From NCBI GenBank assembly GCA_000320545.1, contig ADNK01003025.1, positions 1-64,000 on the forward strand: a stretch of DNA of 64,000 bases, given 5' to 3'. The stretch comes from Bigelowiella natans CCMP2755 (taxonomy: Eukaryota; Protista; Cercozoa). How positions within the stretch are numbered: position 1 is the first letter of the stretch; each line of letters opens with the position of its first letter. The position numbers and the translations under genes were made by a program. Shown piece by piece: positions 1 through 11,222 of this stretch. The notes beneath the pieces are model-generated. The model had not been told where the DNA came from. It made no database searches and was given only the letters and a program-made list of their open reading frames with translations.

Positions 1-44
1 TTAGCGTGTGTTTCCCTTTACGTGAGCAGTATCCGCAACGTCGG

Positions 45-1145
45 TTACCTTTCCCTGTCCTTGTACCAGTCTCGCTGCGGCTTAATAGCGTTAATGTTTC
101 CTATGCCAGGTACCTTAGGGCTGGTAAACTTGCGGTCCTGCTCCTGCTCGCGTAGGGATATAGCCTGCACTGCTGCCTCCATCGTGGTGTAGCCTTTCTC
201 CGTAACGTAAGTGGATTCCTTTATCTTTAACTTGAACTCTTCAAACCTTGCCTGATCATCACCTGTGTTGTAATTAAAATCATGTAGTTCGTCGATCATA
301 TCCTGGAAGCGCGTGGCAAAGTCTCTAACAGGTTCTCTCTCATGCTGCATCATTGCTCTGTATTTTCTAATAGCCTGGGGTAGGGAGTTAGCATCCTGTT
401 CATTTACAAAAGCCTTCATTATCGCCTCAACGTCTCGTAGCCCACTAACTGTAGTGTGTATTTTCTCTAGCTGCCTGATCCGGGTCCTGCCTGTCTCGTA
501 AAGGTCCATGGCTTGCTTTATTATAGCTAGCCATTTGAGCTTGTCGTTTTCGGTGGGGTTAGGGGTAAAGTCGCAGAGTATACTCCTAGCGTTCTTCCAC
601 CACCTCCTTGCCTCACCTCTTTTCCCGTTGTATTTCGTTATCATAACCGGTGCTGTTTTAACAGACATGAACTGGGTGTTCCGCTGTACCGGCTGCTGCT
701 GCTTGACGGTGCTCTGGGTCGTCCCCCGCGAGGCGCCCAGACCCCCGTCGTTCCTAAACAAAGCTGCCCACTCTGGAGGTAAGTCTGCTTCGTAATCCAT
801 GATGTCCTGCATGATAGCTGCCCAAACATCATGTGTCTGATACTTGTATTCTATCGATACTTTCAGTTTGGCGTAGTTGCTCGCCCTGGGTCGCAAGGCT
901 CGTAATGCCATTACGACCTTCTTGCTTTCGGCGGCCACGTCCTCGTCGTCCGCCTCGTAGAAGTTCTCCAGTGCCTCTGCTGCTGCATCTGCTTTCTTAA
1001 TCCCGGGTGCTGGTCCCGGCGGTGCCTGTGGAGGTGTTCCTCCTCCTTCCTTAGCGTCCGTATCGCCCTTCCTTTCCTGTTTCTGCTCGTGCCCTTGCAC
1101 GGCCTGCGAGCCAAAGTCCTGCTGTTCTTCTAGCTGCTGTGACAT
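45..1145 (-). CDS. gag: Gag-like capsid protein of LTR retrotransposon (366 aa to the first stop)
   Basis: Retrotransposon gag hallmarks: 'ITKYNGKRGEARRWW' (F/Y-x-G-type motif) and a major-homology-like 'MMQHEREPVRDFATRFQDMIDEL' (Q-x-x-x-E-x-V-x-x-F/Y-x-x-R-F). Intronless, in contrast to host genes, and starts 40 bp after the LTR. Confidence 0.8.
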   Translation of the reverse strand: MSQQLEEQQDFGSQAVQGHEQKQERKGDTDAKEGGGTPPQAPPGPAPGIKKADAAAEALENFYEADDEDVAAESKKVVMALRALRPRASNYAKLKVSIEYKYQTHDVWAAIMQDIMDYEADLPPEWAALFRNDGGLGASRGTTQSTVKQQQPVQRNTQFMSVKTAPVMITKYNGKRGEARRWWKNARSILCDFTPNPTENDKLKWLAIIKQAMDLYETGRTRIRQLEKIHTTVSGLRDVEAIMKAFVNEQDANSLPQAIRKYRAMMQHEREPVRDFATRFQDMIDELHDFNYNTGDDQARFEEFKLKIKESTYVTEKGYTTMEAAVQAISLREQEQDRKFTSPKVPGIGNINAIKPQRDWYKDRER

Positions 1146-1161
1146 TGTTAGTCAAATCGTT

Positions 1162-1179
1162 TCCCGTGTGTGGAAGCCA
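1162..1179 (-). promoter_or_regulatory. Putative tRNA primer-binding site (PBS)
   Basis: Minus strand reads TGGCTTCCACACACGGGA, 5 nt downstream of the LTR end, complementary to a tRNA 3' end ...TCCCGTGTGTGGAAG-CCA. The cognate tRNA was not identified. Confidence 0.55.
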
Positions 1180-1184
1180 AAGGT

Positions 1185-1510
1185 TGTTGCGCGTAAGGTG
1201 TTCACAGGCCGAGGCGCTACGTGCACAAGTAGGCAGGGGGGGGGAAAGGCACGTTTGCTTCCTTTTGAAGAGTTGTGTTTATTTTTATTAAAGATTATAT
1301 TTTTATTAAATCGTGCACTGCGTAATCATTCGCGAAGCTTTCGCGAATGCCGCCGCACGTGGGGCAGCACACTTCCGGTGTGCTGCCATGAGTCCCGCCG
1401 GAACCCACGTGCCTATGCTGTATTAATATCTACGTTATCTATATTCTATATCCGCGACAACCCCTTTGTTGTCGCACGTGACTTGTGCCCGCGTAGTGGT
1501 ACGCGCTACA
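1185..1510 (-). repeat. 5' long terminal repeat (326 bp)
   Basis: Plus-strand ends TGTTGCGCGTA (1185) and TACGCGCTACA (1510) form a 10/11 inverted repeat with canonical TG...CA termini. Minus-strand AATAAA signals at ~1280-1307. The partner LTR lies outside the window. Confidence 0.7.
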
Positions 1511-1633
1511 AGAATCAAGCATGGAAGTCACTTCATTCTGCTGGTTTCACCAGCCATGCCTCACCAAAGCCAGTTCGAGGCACTGCGTTTCGCACACTGC
1601 AAATGTCTTGCAACATTTGGGAAGTGTAGTTCA

Positions 1634-1680
1634 TCATTGTTCATTGTTCATTGTTCATTGTTCATTGTTCATTGTTCATT
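1634..1680. repeat. Heptanucleotide tandem repeat (TCATTGT) x ~6.7
   Basis: Directly visible perfect repeat. Confidence 0.95.
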
Positions 1681-2617
1681 CAATCAATCTTCGTCATTGT
1701 GTTTCTCTTCGGCCGGCGTCGGCACGGAGAGCAGAGAAGGCACAAGGCATGCAAGCAAAGGCACACAGACTTCTGTTTTGTCTCTTTCTCCACTTCAGAA
1801 AGAACAGGAGATCTGGAGGATTTTGTGTTGCGAATGCCAGCTAGCCAGGCTAGCAGGCATGCGTGCACAGATGGATGCAAATCCATCACACAATCAATTT
1901 GTTTCACTTCCCTCGCGGAAACTCTTCGCATGCACATTGTTGTCAGTTCCTTCCACAGGCAGCGCGTGCCAGGTTTGGTTTCAGCAAGTGATCAATGTGA
2001 AGTGCCCAGATGCCAGCTCTGGAACTGCAGCGAAAAAAACAGCAATGCTTTGTCAGCATCACTGACCTCATGGTCTCCTGCACTTGAGTGCGCACAACAC
2101 GATTGTCTTCATCCTTCATTCATTCGTTTGTTCATTCACTCGTGCACGCGCATGGTGCGTCAGGGATCTGCAGGTGCTAGCGTGTGCACATTGCATGCTG
2201 CACATCGTTGCCTCCTCTTGCAAGTCCTGTTCGTCCCCGGGCACATTTTTGGCTAGCAACGCACAGCAAGATGTGAAACGCACTAGCGCCGAGCATGTAC
2301 GCACGCGTGGCTTTGTTTGTGTTTTTATTGGACATGACAAAGATCTGATGAATTTTTGCATCGTTTGCACAATCTTGTGAATCTAGGAATGGGAATGATG
2401 TGGGGAATTTAAGAGTTGTATGCTTCTTCTTCTACTGCAGCTTTGGCTTGGATGCTGAAATGCATCGTGCTTCACCATCTTAAGAATTGTCGGAACCGTG
2501 AATGAGAGCGCCACATTGGATCAAAAACATTTCCAATGAGCAGCATTTTTGCATGTGATGAAGTAAAATTTTGGAGTTTGAAGTCTGATTTGTGTGTTTT
2601 GAGAGCATTGCTTCAGA

Positions 2618-5344
2618 TTATTTCAGATGATTCTCGGCAAAAATGTTCGTGACTGTTTCATACGTTAGAAACGTTGCACCATTGGCCTGAATAAAATATT
2701 CTGTATTTGTCAAACTAACTCAGATGTTGAAGTATGCATACACTCATTAGGTTGAGCCAGAAATGTGTGTTGACCGGAAATGTTCTCAATAGCGCAGGAG
2801 CCATTCCACGATACAGCCCGCTGCAAAGTAAGCATATTCAAAATGTTTCAGGGTCATGATTTAGCTCTTGTTGTTGAGCTCACCTAACGCCTTGCCTAGC
2901 TAACGTTTGCGAGAGAATTTGATGGATGGTGCGTAGGTCTCCATTCCTATAGATAATATTCTTGGTGGAAGAGGACGTCAGACTGCTTGCTTCCAGAGAT
3001 TGCGTCATCAGTTGGTTCTTCACCGCCTTATTTGATTGAAAAGCTAGAATAAAGAAACAGAAAGTTTTAACACCCAAGGAGGTAGCCTTTAGACTACCCG
3101 AAATTCAAAGTTCTCGTGCACCGTATTTCTGATAACTATTCAAGTAACCTCCATCTCCCCCTCCATCTCCCTCTCTTTTCAAAACTTCAAAATACTCCCC
3201 TGTTCTGTTCATACAGACACCTACATCAAAAGGCAAGGCAACTATCCAGAAAAGGGATCCGCCGACTCCGCCCTATGCATTGGTTACAAAGTCGATGAGG
3301 AGGTTGCTAAGACTCGTTTATGATGAAGGACTCGCAAGCAAGCGCGCGAATTCTCTACAACACTTCTTTCTCACCGCAAGGAATGAAGCGATAGGCGAGA
3401 TGGATTTACTGGCAGTTGCCTTATCACCATCACCATGCTGCGTTGAGAAGTTGCACTTGTCGGAAAAATATCTTCGAGAGGCCTCATATCCCCTTGATAT
3501 GTGCATATGCATGTAGTATTCATTGTAACAGAGATTTGGATCCGATTTGCAGTTGTGTGGAAAGGTAGGGAGGTGATGCGTGTGAACTCTTGAAAGCATT
3601 ACACAAGTCGGATTGCGCACATATCCTATTTCGTGTTTTTATCCAATGACTTTCTTGAGGCTTACCCGAAATATGGTCCCATCATCGTCATTTCAAGCAT
3701 GGTTGGGAACCTTTCATATATTATTCCCACCAAATTGGATGAGGCGAAAACAAAATGTGCACGCAATACACATGTTAACATAAACGTACTACACGCACAA
3801 ACATGTTTACATACATACAATGCCTCATTGTATTCGGCTGGTTCCTTTTGCTCTCTCTCTCTAATTTGTCATTTTCAATGCTGCTGCCGTGCTGCTCTCC
3901 ATACCAAAAGCGATAAAGCCCTCCTACGATACCTGAATAGGGGATGATATCATGACGATGGGAAGCGCAGATTTGAATCATCCTTTTCATTCACCAACTC
4001 ATCCACTCACTCATCGCTCGCTCGCTCTCACAACAACCTCTTGCCCGCACAAGGCCCATGGTGCAATCTGCAACTCCGCGGTACTTCGTCGCCTGCGAAG
4101 ATCCGTACTGAACCTTGACGATGAAATAACGATGGTGATTTGGATGAGAATTAGGATGATAGTGTTGAAGATAACGGTGATGAATGACACTTCGGTGTAA
4201 ATCTATGGTGAAACCTGCAAGTAGGCCTTAATTTGATCGATCGGAGTCACAAGTACGACTGAGCACCACCCCGCAACCTTTTCGTTTCGATGATATGTGA
4301 ATGGCAATAAAGAGAGCTTTTAAACGAATGATGGCGAATCCGGAGGATCAAAGGTACGTTACCACTCCTGCACAAGTCACAACAGCTATGCTCGTTTTTG
4401 CTCGGGGTACTGATGTAAGATATCCATAAGCGTCAGATTGCAGCGGAAGTCATAGACCCATATCATTGCGGTTATAAAAACTTGAACTCATACATGTTTT
4501 TACAGTAAGTTTTACCATCCGGGCTCATGAAAGCACGCGTCCGCTCGAAGGCCCCGAAAAGCACGGAATGAACCATTCTTGAGGGTGGGGAAACAGGGTT
4601 GGTGCGTGATTATGCTGATAATGCGCTGTGGATGGCGTCCACAAGATAGTTCTCCCTTCTTTTCCTCCCCCATCTTTTATGTTATCATTCACAATTTACA
4701 TCATACCCTTTGCCGAGAAGGGGGGGGGTTACCCCTTTGTAGAGCCCTAAAATCCCCTCTCCAGCAACCGTTCGTCGTAAACAATCAATAGGGCCTGCAT
4801 CGGTGATTTGGTTGTAGTTGTGGTCATGGTATGCGGATTACATGTTAACGATAATGATGAACAAGACCAAAATGGGGCTACAATGCAGCGAAATAGCCAT
4901 ATCGTCCCGCAGCAAGGGTGCAAAAGTGAACACAATAAATATCGAGGCGACGAGCTTTGAGACCTCTAAAAGTCTTGCCAGGTTCCGGCTGCGTCTGGAG
5001 CCTGACCTTGACTGTATCTGTATACACCCGTTTACAAATGGTAACCTTCAAATCATACAATTCTACGCACTGATCCTACGTTGAAGTTGCGAAAGGTTGT
5101 TACCGAACGGATGTCCTACTAATAGATTTGCGCATCCAGAGAGAGATCTGAACGACATTAATGCTTTCTCTTAGCAGTTGTTAGGTGGTTCAAAAGGCGT
5201 TGCTGTATTTTGTGAGCCTGTGTGTTTACGCGCGCGTGTCGAGTAAATCCCCCCAAAACAGATCTAACGTGGATTTGCATAGCACCCTGCGATCCAAGGC
5301 ACCAACGTTGGAGGCACGCTGTCTTTCAAAGACACCAAGGCCAT
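2618..5344 (-). CDS. Mitochondrial carrier family (SLC25) protein, carnitine/acylcarnitine or basic amino-acid carrier-like; ~15 exons
   Basis: Hand-spliced exons give three carrier signatures: GHPFDTVKVRLQTQ (5110-4990), VTPIDQIKAYLQ (~4250-4216) and ALPFDAVKNQLMTQ (~3240-3000). Also GEGILGLYKG, GLYRGMAPALLRTFPANGATFLTYE and stop TAA at 2618-2620. Start Met at 5344 is uncertain. Confidence 0.9.
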
Positions 5345-5809
5345 ACCAACAAGGGACCGAGTTGCCAGTCGTTTAAGTGGATCAAAAGAGGGGGTCTAGG
5401 GATGGCGGCGAATGGGTTACGTGCAGCGCATGTTGGGTTGTGAGGAAGCGACGTCGTTCGAATGGCTGTTCGAGTTCTCGTGGTGGTGGGCAAGAGAAGA
5501 AGTGGTCCAACTCAGAAATGTATTATGTTAGAGATAAATTATAGCAAGAAACTTCTGAAATTCTCATCATTCGGTGGATGTTTTGTAAGCAAAAACTAGA
5601 ACAATACTGCCAACAACTCATTTCAATCATCTACACCACAGATCATTTTTTTTACGATGTATTTATGTAAAAACAGACATAAAATACTTGTCAAACACCT
5701 TTAATTCTGGCATATTGTACTTAACCGACTACTTCTATTAAACTTACAAATAATATCGTAATATTACTAGTAAGTATTTTCTAAATGAAGAAGCAGAAAA
5801 TAGACAAGG

Positions 5810-6585
5810 ATGAGCGGCGACGTGGTGGTGATCGGCGTGATTGCTGGTGTAGGTACGCACCTCTTTGAGACGTGCCCGGCTTGTAAAGACATGTCAATAT
5901 ACTCCGAAAAGAGTACTAAAGCCTTAGATGATGTTGGCCTTTCCTCTGCGTGTGTTGTGTGCTTGTATTGTTCGAATTAACAGGCGTGTCGATGCTGCCT
6001 CTCGCCATCGATATGATGAATGCGTTGTTTCCGAGCAGGAAAGTTTCACGGTACGAATGGTGAGGGTGTAAGTATGATATTTGTTATAAAAAGAGATTGG
6101 GTTAAACCTGTCGGAGACGTGGTCGCTTGAGAAGACTCGCGTTTACTCTGTGACATACCAAACAGGGCAACTTCCACCATTATTCAGCCCATTCTCCTCA
6201 CCTTCGTCTTCTCTCTTTCCGGAGCAGGTACTGGATTTTTTTTAGCCTTTTGAAGTAGAACGTGTTGATGTCCGCTATCTTATCTGTCCCTTCCCCGTGG
6301 CAGGCTTATACTTTTTCTTCGCTTACTATCTACCTTACACCGTGTTCCTCGACGATACAAGAGCTAGAGAGATGTATATCTCGTCAAATAATGGTAGAAT
6401 CAAAACAGCTAATGGATAGATACCATGAATATTACACTTATGTTACGATATCCGGCAGATATCAATGGCAATTTCCATCCAGGCTCAGAGAAGGAACATT
6501 TGTCAGTTGAATACAAAGAAATGTTCATTAGTAGCTGGAGGGCTTGGACGCACACTCTCTTCGCGATCTGGGCCTGGTCGAAGCT

Positions 6586-6629
<44 letters not shown>

Positions 6630-7162
6630 GAGTTCGATTCATTCTGTATCATCATTGTGAAAAAATCTTTGAGGAGTTGTGTCTCGTCTTACTCAGGATC
6701 AACGTCGTATACAACTTTGCGGGCGCTGTGCTGGTCAGTGAGGCACTGCAGTACGAGATAAAACCCAAATATTTCTTTGATGTACTGAAAGCATCGATGA
6801 TTTATGTCCACTACATGGCTTACGACAGCGTCGATCATGAGCGACTGGCGAACTAGCAACAACTTATTCACCATTTCAATTGCAATGACAACAGACTAAT
6901 GGGGGAACTCGCCGGCACCCTGATGTAATTCGCTATTTTGGAGCGCAACGAGCAAAGATACGGAACAATGCAGTAACTGAGGGAGGAGTGTTAGCCGACA
7001 GACAGCACCGAGCCAACACAGGGGCGGAAACAGCAGAGGCATCTACAACAAAACACCAAAGCAAAAAAGTCACAACAACCCCTCATATCGCCTCCTCCAT
7101 GATGGTCTGCCGGAAGGACGATTGTGCTTTACGCTCGTCAGCTATGATGCCTCCTCGGTACT

Positions 7163-7232
<70 letters not shown>

Positions 7233-8239
7233 ATATACATACTATTCATGCTGTTTACACTAGTAGAACAGTCATCATCATCGTCATCATCATCTAGGTT
7301 GTTCTTCCGCCATTGTAAGGTGTGCGGGACATGCACAGCCTACATGGACCATCATTGCCCATTCACAGGTATGTTAAGTGCTGCTTCTTGCCGCATCTCT
7401 CATCACAGGGGTGTGTTGTTATTGTTGTGATCAACATTTGTTCCTGTTGATGAGCTGTGGTTGTTGTTGTGGAGATGATGTGTCAGCCCCCTCAAAACGA
7501 CTTAGTGCCATACTAAGACTCCAAGCTTGTTGCTTCCCCACTACCAGGAAATTGCGTCGGTGCTGGCAACTTCATCTACTTCTACTTGTTCTTGGTACAG
7601 AAGCCATGCAGCTGAGTGCTTTGTTCGATTCAACGTGTCAGTAATAGGACTGCTTTCCTGATGATTCCATGAAAATACTGCTTTTCTGATTGATGATTGC
7701 ATGAGAATGCTGCGTATTAATCACAGGGGTATTGCTCTCTGGGATTGCTCTACGCTCTTGTCCTCTCCTCCAGGGCTTTTCTTCGCTGTATTATTGTGAG
7801 TCGAAATTGGAAGACGTTCCGTATTTATTTGATTCGCAAAGTATATGTATTGTGAACGTTATTATAAGTGCATAACTGAATATATCTGTTTCTTTTACTT
7901 TTTCTCCTCGTTTCTTTCTAAAATTCCTGTTCCATAATATGTGTAGCTAGATGTGACGGGAGAAGCTAGCTTAGACCAAGAATGGTAGGAGCGTTGCAAT
8001 GGCGGACGCAGATCTTTGTGATTAATAAGAAGCTGCCCTGAGATAAACTTTTTCGCTGCCTCTGCTGCAGCTGCTGCTTTTGCTTCCGATATCATGATGA
8101 TGATAATGACGATGATAGGCAGAGTTGTGGGATGTATACTTCTTGCCATTATCACATTGAGCGTATGATACATGCTCTTAGGTGCCGATATCTCGGGACA
8201 TCGGCGCTCATCTGCTTACCAGTGGTAAATGATAGACAC

Positions 8240-8284
<45 letters not shown>

Positions 8285-8925
8285 TTCATCATAGTTCTTT
8301 GTTGAAAATGACTCCTCTATGATCAGGCTGCAGGCTGGTTCGCCGTGTCTGTCCTCTTTGCCTTCCACTCGATCTTACTACTATTTGACCGTACCACTGT
8401 GCAGGTGATATCAGATGTTTTGTCCTTAGTTGTATGGTCTTTACACCATAGTGCTATCGTTGTTGACATCACCCTCATTGTTGTCCAGTTTTGCCGGGCA
8501 TTTCGCTCTTCGTGGTCTTGGTTCTCATTGTCTTCTTGGAGGTGCTGCGTTTCCCCCTCTCTTTTAGCAGTCGCATGCCGATGTAGTGTGCGGAAACAGG
8601 CCTAGAGATGATATTGAGCGAGGAGAGTGATATCAAGATACCAATATCCATGAAATTATGAGCGTGTAGTTATGAGCAATGCTGCCGAATAGATTGCAAC
8701 AAGACGATTGAATCTTCGATTATTCTATGCTTCACACATAGGGAGGCTCTCGGTATCAAGGATCCTTCGGCGAATCCTGGTTTGTTAGTGACGCTGCTGA
8801 TGTGACGTTTATCAGCTTTCGGGCTGGAGATATTATGCGCGCGCGCGTGTGTACGTGTGTGTGTGTGTGTGCGTGTGTGCACTTACTCACACATACACAC
8901 ATATATACACACATACAGTAAAATA

Positions 8926-8963
<38 letters not shown>

Positions 8964-9443
8964 ATATCTAGATATGATGTGCTGTGCGATAGGAGAATAG
9001 AGTATAACCTCAATTAATCGTATAGATGGGATGAATACGGCGCAACAGCGAAGTTCTGGAAAGTTTTGGGAGCTAAAAATAAGATCAGAAAAACACAAAT
9101 CGGTAGCAACTAGATCACATGCAAGTGTGCAAATCTGGCAATAGGATTCTTTTACTTTCAATGTTTCGTACAGTATTCTCATGGCTGCATTCTCACTTCC
9201 AAAACTCACAGTTGCCTCCTTTTGGTTGCCGATGCAGATGTCCCTGCTGCAAGTACTATTGCCGATAGCTCCATTGCCGAATGTAAATTCCGTGCCACCA
9301 TTATCGGCGCTGCTGACGCAGAGTTTATGAAAAAGTTTAAGTTCGTGAATGAAAAGGATGCAGGAGGTGGAGAGCAATCAGTACGTACTGTCACTAACTC
9401 TAGAACTACAGACCGTGTACATGCAGGATGTTATTATGCTTGA
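5810..9443 (+). CDS. DHHC-type palmitoyl S-acyltransferase (multi-exon)
   Basis: Exon ~7300-7368 encodes RHCKVCGTCTAYMDHHCPFT and the next exon (7548) GNCVGAGNF. Hydrophobic TM exons flank these, with a TTxE-like 'LLLFDRTTVQ' after TM4 (~8375-8404). Start MSGDVVVIGVIAGV at 5810. The 3' end is uncertain (8630-9443). Confidence 0.85.
7167..7230. repeat. Compound intronic microsatellite (AC)n(AT)n
   Basis: Directly visible; one of many intronic microsatellites in the window. Confidence 0.95.
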
Positions 9444-10086
9444 CCAGCTAATATAGCCTCAGGCATTCCAATAGACGCGCTTAATGTTGCATGTGGGAAC
9501 TTCCGCGAGACGTGTAACTTCGCGCACAGCCCTGCGAGCGACCGAGCAAAATGCACGCGTGGGCTGCAGGCAGGAAGCCAACATCTGCTCTAAATAGCTA
9601 TGAGACGTTTTGTGGCGCTAGTGTGTTACAAGTCGATGCGATTTTGTTGCGTTGAAAGGCACACGATGGCGTGCTCGTTGTTTGCTGCTCCAAACTAACT
9701 GTAGCGTGCGTGCATGTAGACATGCATGTTGTCATGTACCTAGCCTCATTGTCCACGCCACATGTGCAGCAATGATTGGCGCACGTAGGCGATTAGCTGA
9801 GGCTACACAATGCTGTGGCTGTGGACACACAGCTTCATTTGCGGATCGAATTGACATCTAGTGTGCATGCTGTGCGCACATGTGCATTGCGTCGTGCATG
9901 AGTCTACGCTACCATTCCTCAAAGACATCGATCACCGGCATTGCCTGCCATTGGCACAGCGCACAGCAGTTCGTCCCAGAATGAGACTTGCACACGAAAC
10001 TCTGCAATCAAGCTAGCAAGTGATGGTCTGTGGTGTGCAGGAACACTGACATGCCATGAAGGAGCTGTCTCAAGACAAGGGTGATC

Positions 10087-10519
10087 TAGAGGTGACAGAG
10101 ACCAAGGGGGGCGGAAATGAGGGTTTTGCGGCCAAAGGGGTGTTTTTTCCGCGCGGAGCGCGAAAAATTTTCGGGTGGTTGCAGTGATGTTTGCAAGTTT
10201 CCATTGCATGTGGAGCTCAATGGGGGCGGAAATGAGGGTTTTGCGGCCAGAAGAGTGTTTTTCTCGCGCGGATTTCTCGCGCGGAGCGCGAGAAATTTGC
10301 GGGTGGTTGCAGCAAAGTTTGCAAGTTTCCATTGCAAATTTCACTGAATTTCAGAAAAATGCTGTGTTTTGGCTTGGTGAAATGCGGAAATGGCGCAACG
10401 CGCCAAGAGAAACCATTTCCGCAAGTCAGCTTCGGCCGGCGGCGCTCGGCAGGGCCGCAGGGCCGCAGGGCGCCTGCGATTGCTGTGTCCGCAAACCCGC
10501 CCCCCTAGCTTGAGCTCTA
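10087..10519. mobile_element. Degenerate non-autonomous DNA-transposon-like element (hAT-type TAGAG...CTCTA ends) with an internal ~110-bp direct duplication
   Basis: Two imperfect direct copies of GGGGGCGGAAATGAGGGTTTTGCGGCC...GCAAGTTTCCATTGCA (~10106-10208 and ~10222-10336). The reverse complement of the right end (TAGAGCTCAAGCTAGGGGGGCGGGTTTGCGG) resembles the start of each copy. Flanks gggtgatc / gggcgccc are only a 5/8 target-site match. Confidence 0.4.
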
Positions 10520-11222
10520 GGGCGCCCACAAAAAAGAGAGAATGTCGCATGCGCGCACTACTGCATCGCACGCTCGCTCTGCACGACATTCTGCATGTGC
10601 TTTCAAATGACAATCACTGAAACAAACACGCACAATTTAAGCACTGTAGCCGCGACATTGCTTAGCTACACTAGGGTGACAATTGAAAAAAATGATTTTA
10701 TTCATTACTTGCTAGTAATGAATAAATAGATTACATCCGTCTCATACGTCTACGCTTTGCAACACATAGCAGTTGCAAATGCCCAGTTCTACGCGCACTT
10801 TCTATGAGTGCGCGCTGAATATTCAATTTCTAGGTCCACGTAGTTGTATTCGTGAAATAAATCGTATAAAATCACTTTAAACCACCGCCAGGCCAGCACA
10901 GCAGCAAGTATTGCAGCACACTGATTTCCGCTGCATAGCCGTACTGTCGACAATCTTCCTATTCGGAACTGTTGAGAAATTTGCATTAATTATGCATTAA
11001 AATTATTCTATCGTCGTCGCATGCTAGCGCTCAATAATTACAGATTGTGATTTCTATATTTCAGGACTCCGGTTTTGGTGAAAGCTTGATAACCCACTTC
11101 CCATGGTAAGCAGTATGATTCCAATGTATAAGTTAAGGCATCCCATGCAGGAAGATGAGCTACATCCCCACGAAAACACTATATCAGCACTGCTAATAAA
11201 TGAGAGGCCCATCCATTGATGA

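Larger units (their letters stand above)
1..1510 (-). mobile_element. LTR retrotransposon, 5' portion (5' LTR, PBS, gag); continues off the left window edge; probably Ty3/Gypsy-like
   Basis: On the minus strand a TG...CA-bounded 326-bp segment with 11-bp terminal inverted repeats is followed by a TGG-starting PBS-like sequence, an intronless Gag-like ORF and a CxxC...H zinc-knuckle start at the window edge. Confidence 0.8.

Noticed and set aside
1634-1680. (TCATTGT)n as telomeric repeat or CRISPR-like array
   Set aside because: Only ~7 copies, internal, no spacers, and not a G-rich telomere motif.
1168-2380. Overlapping 100-200 aa ORFs next to the LTR
   Set aside because: No recognisable domains; they span the LTR, a tandem repeat and the palindrome-rich spacer.
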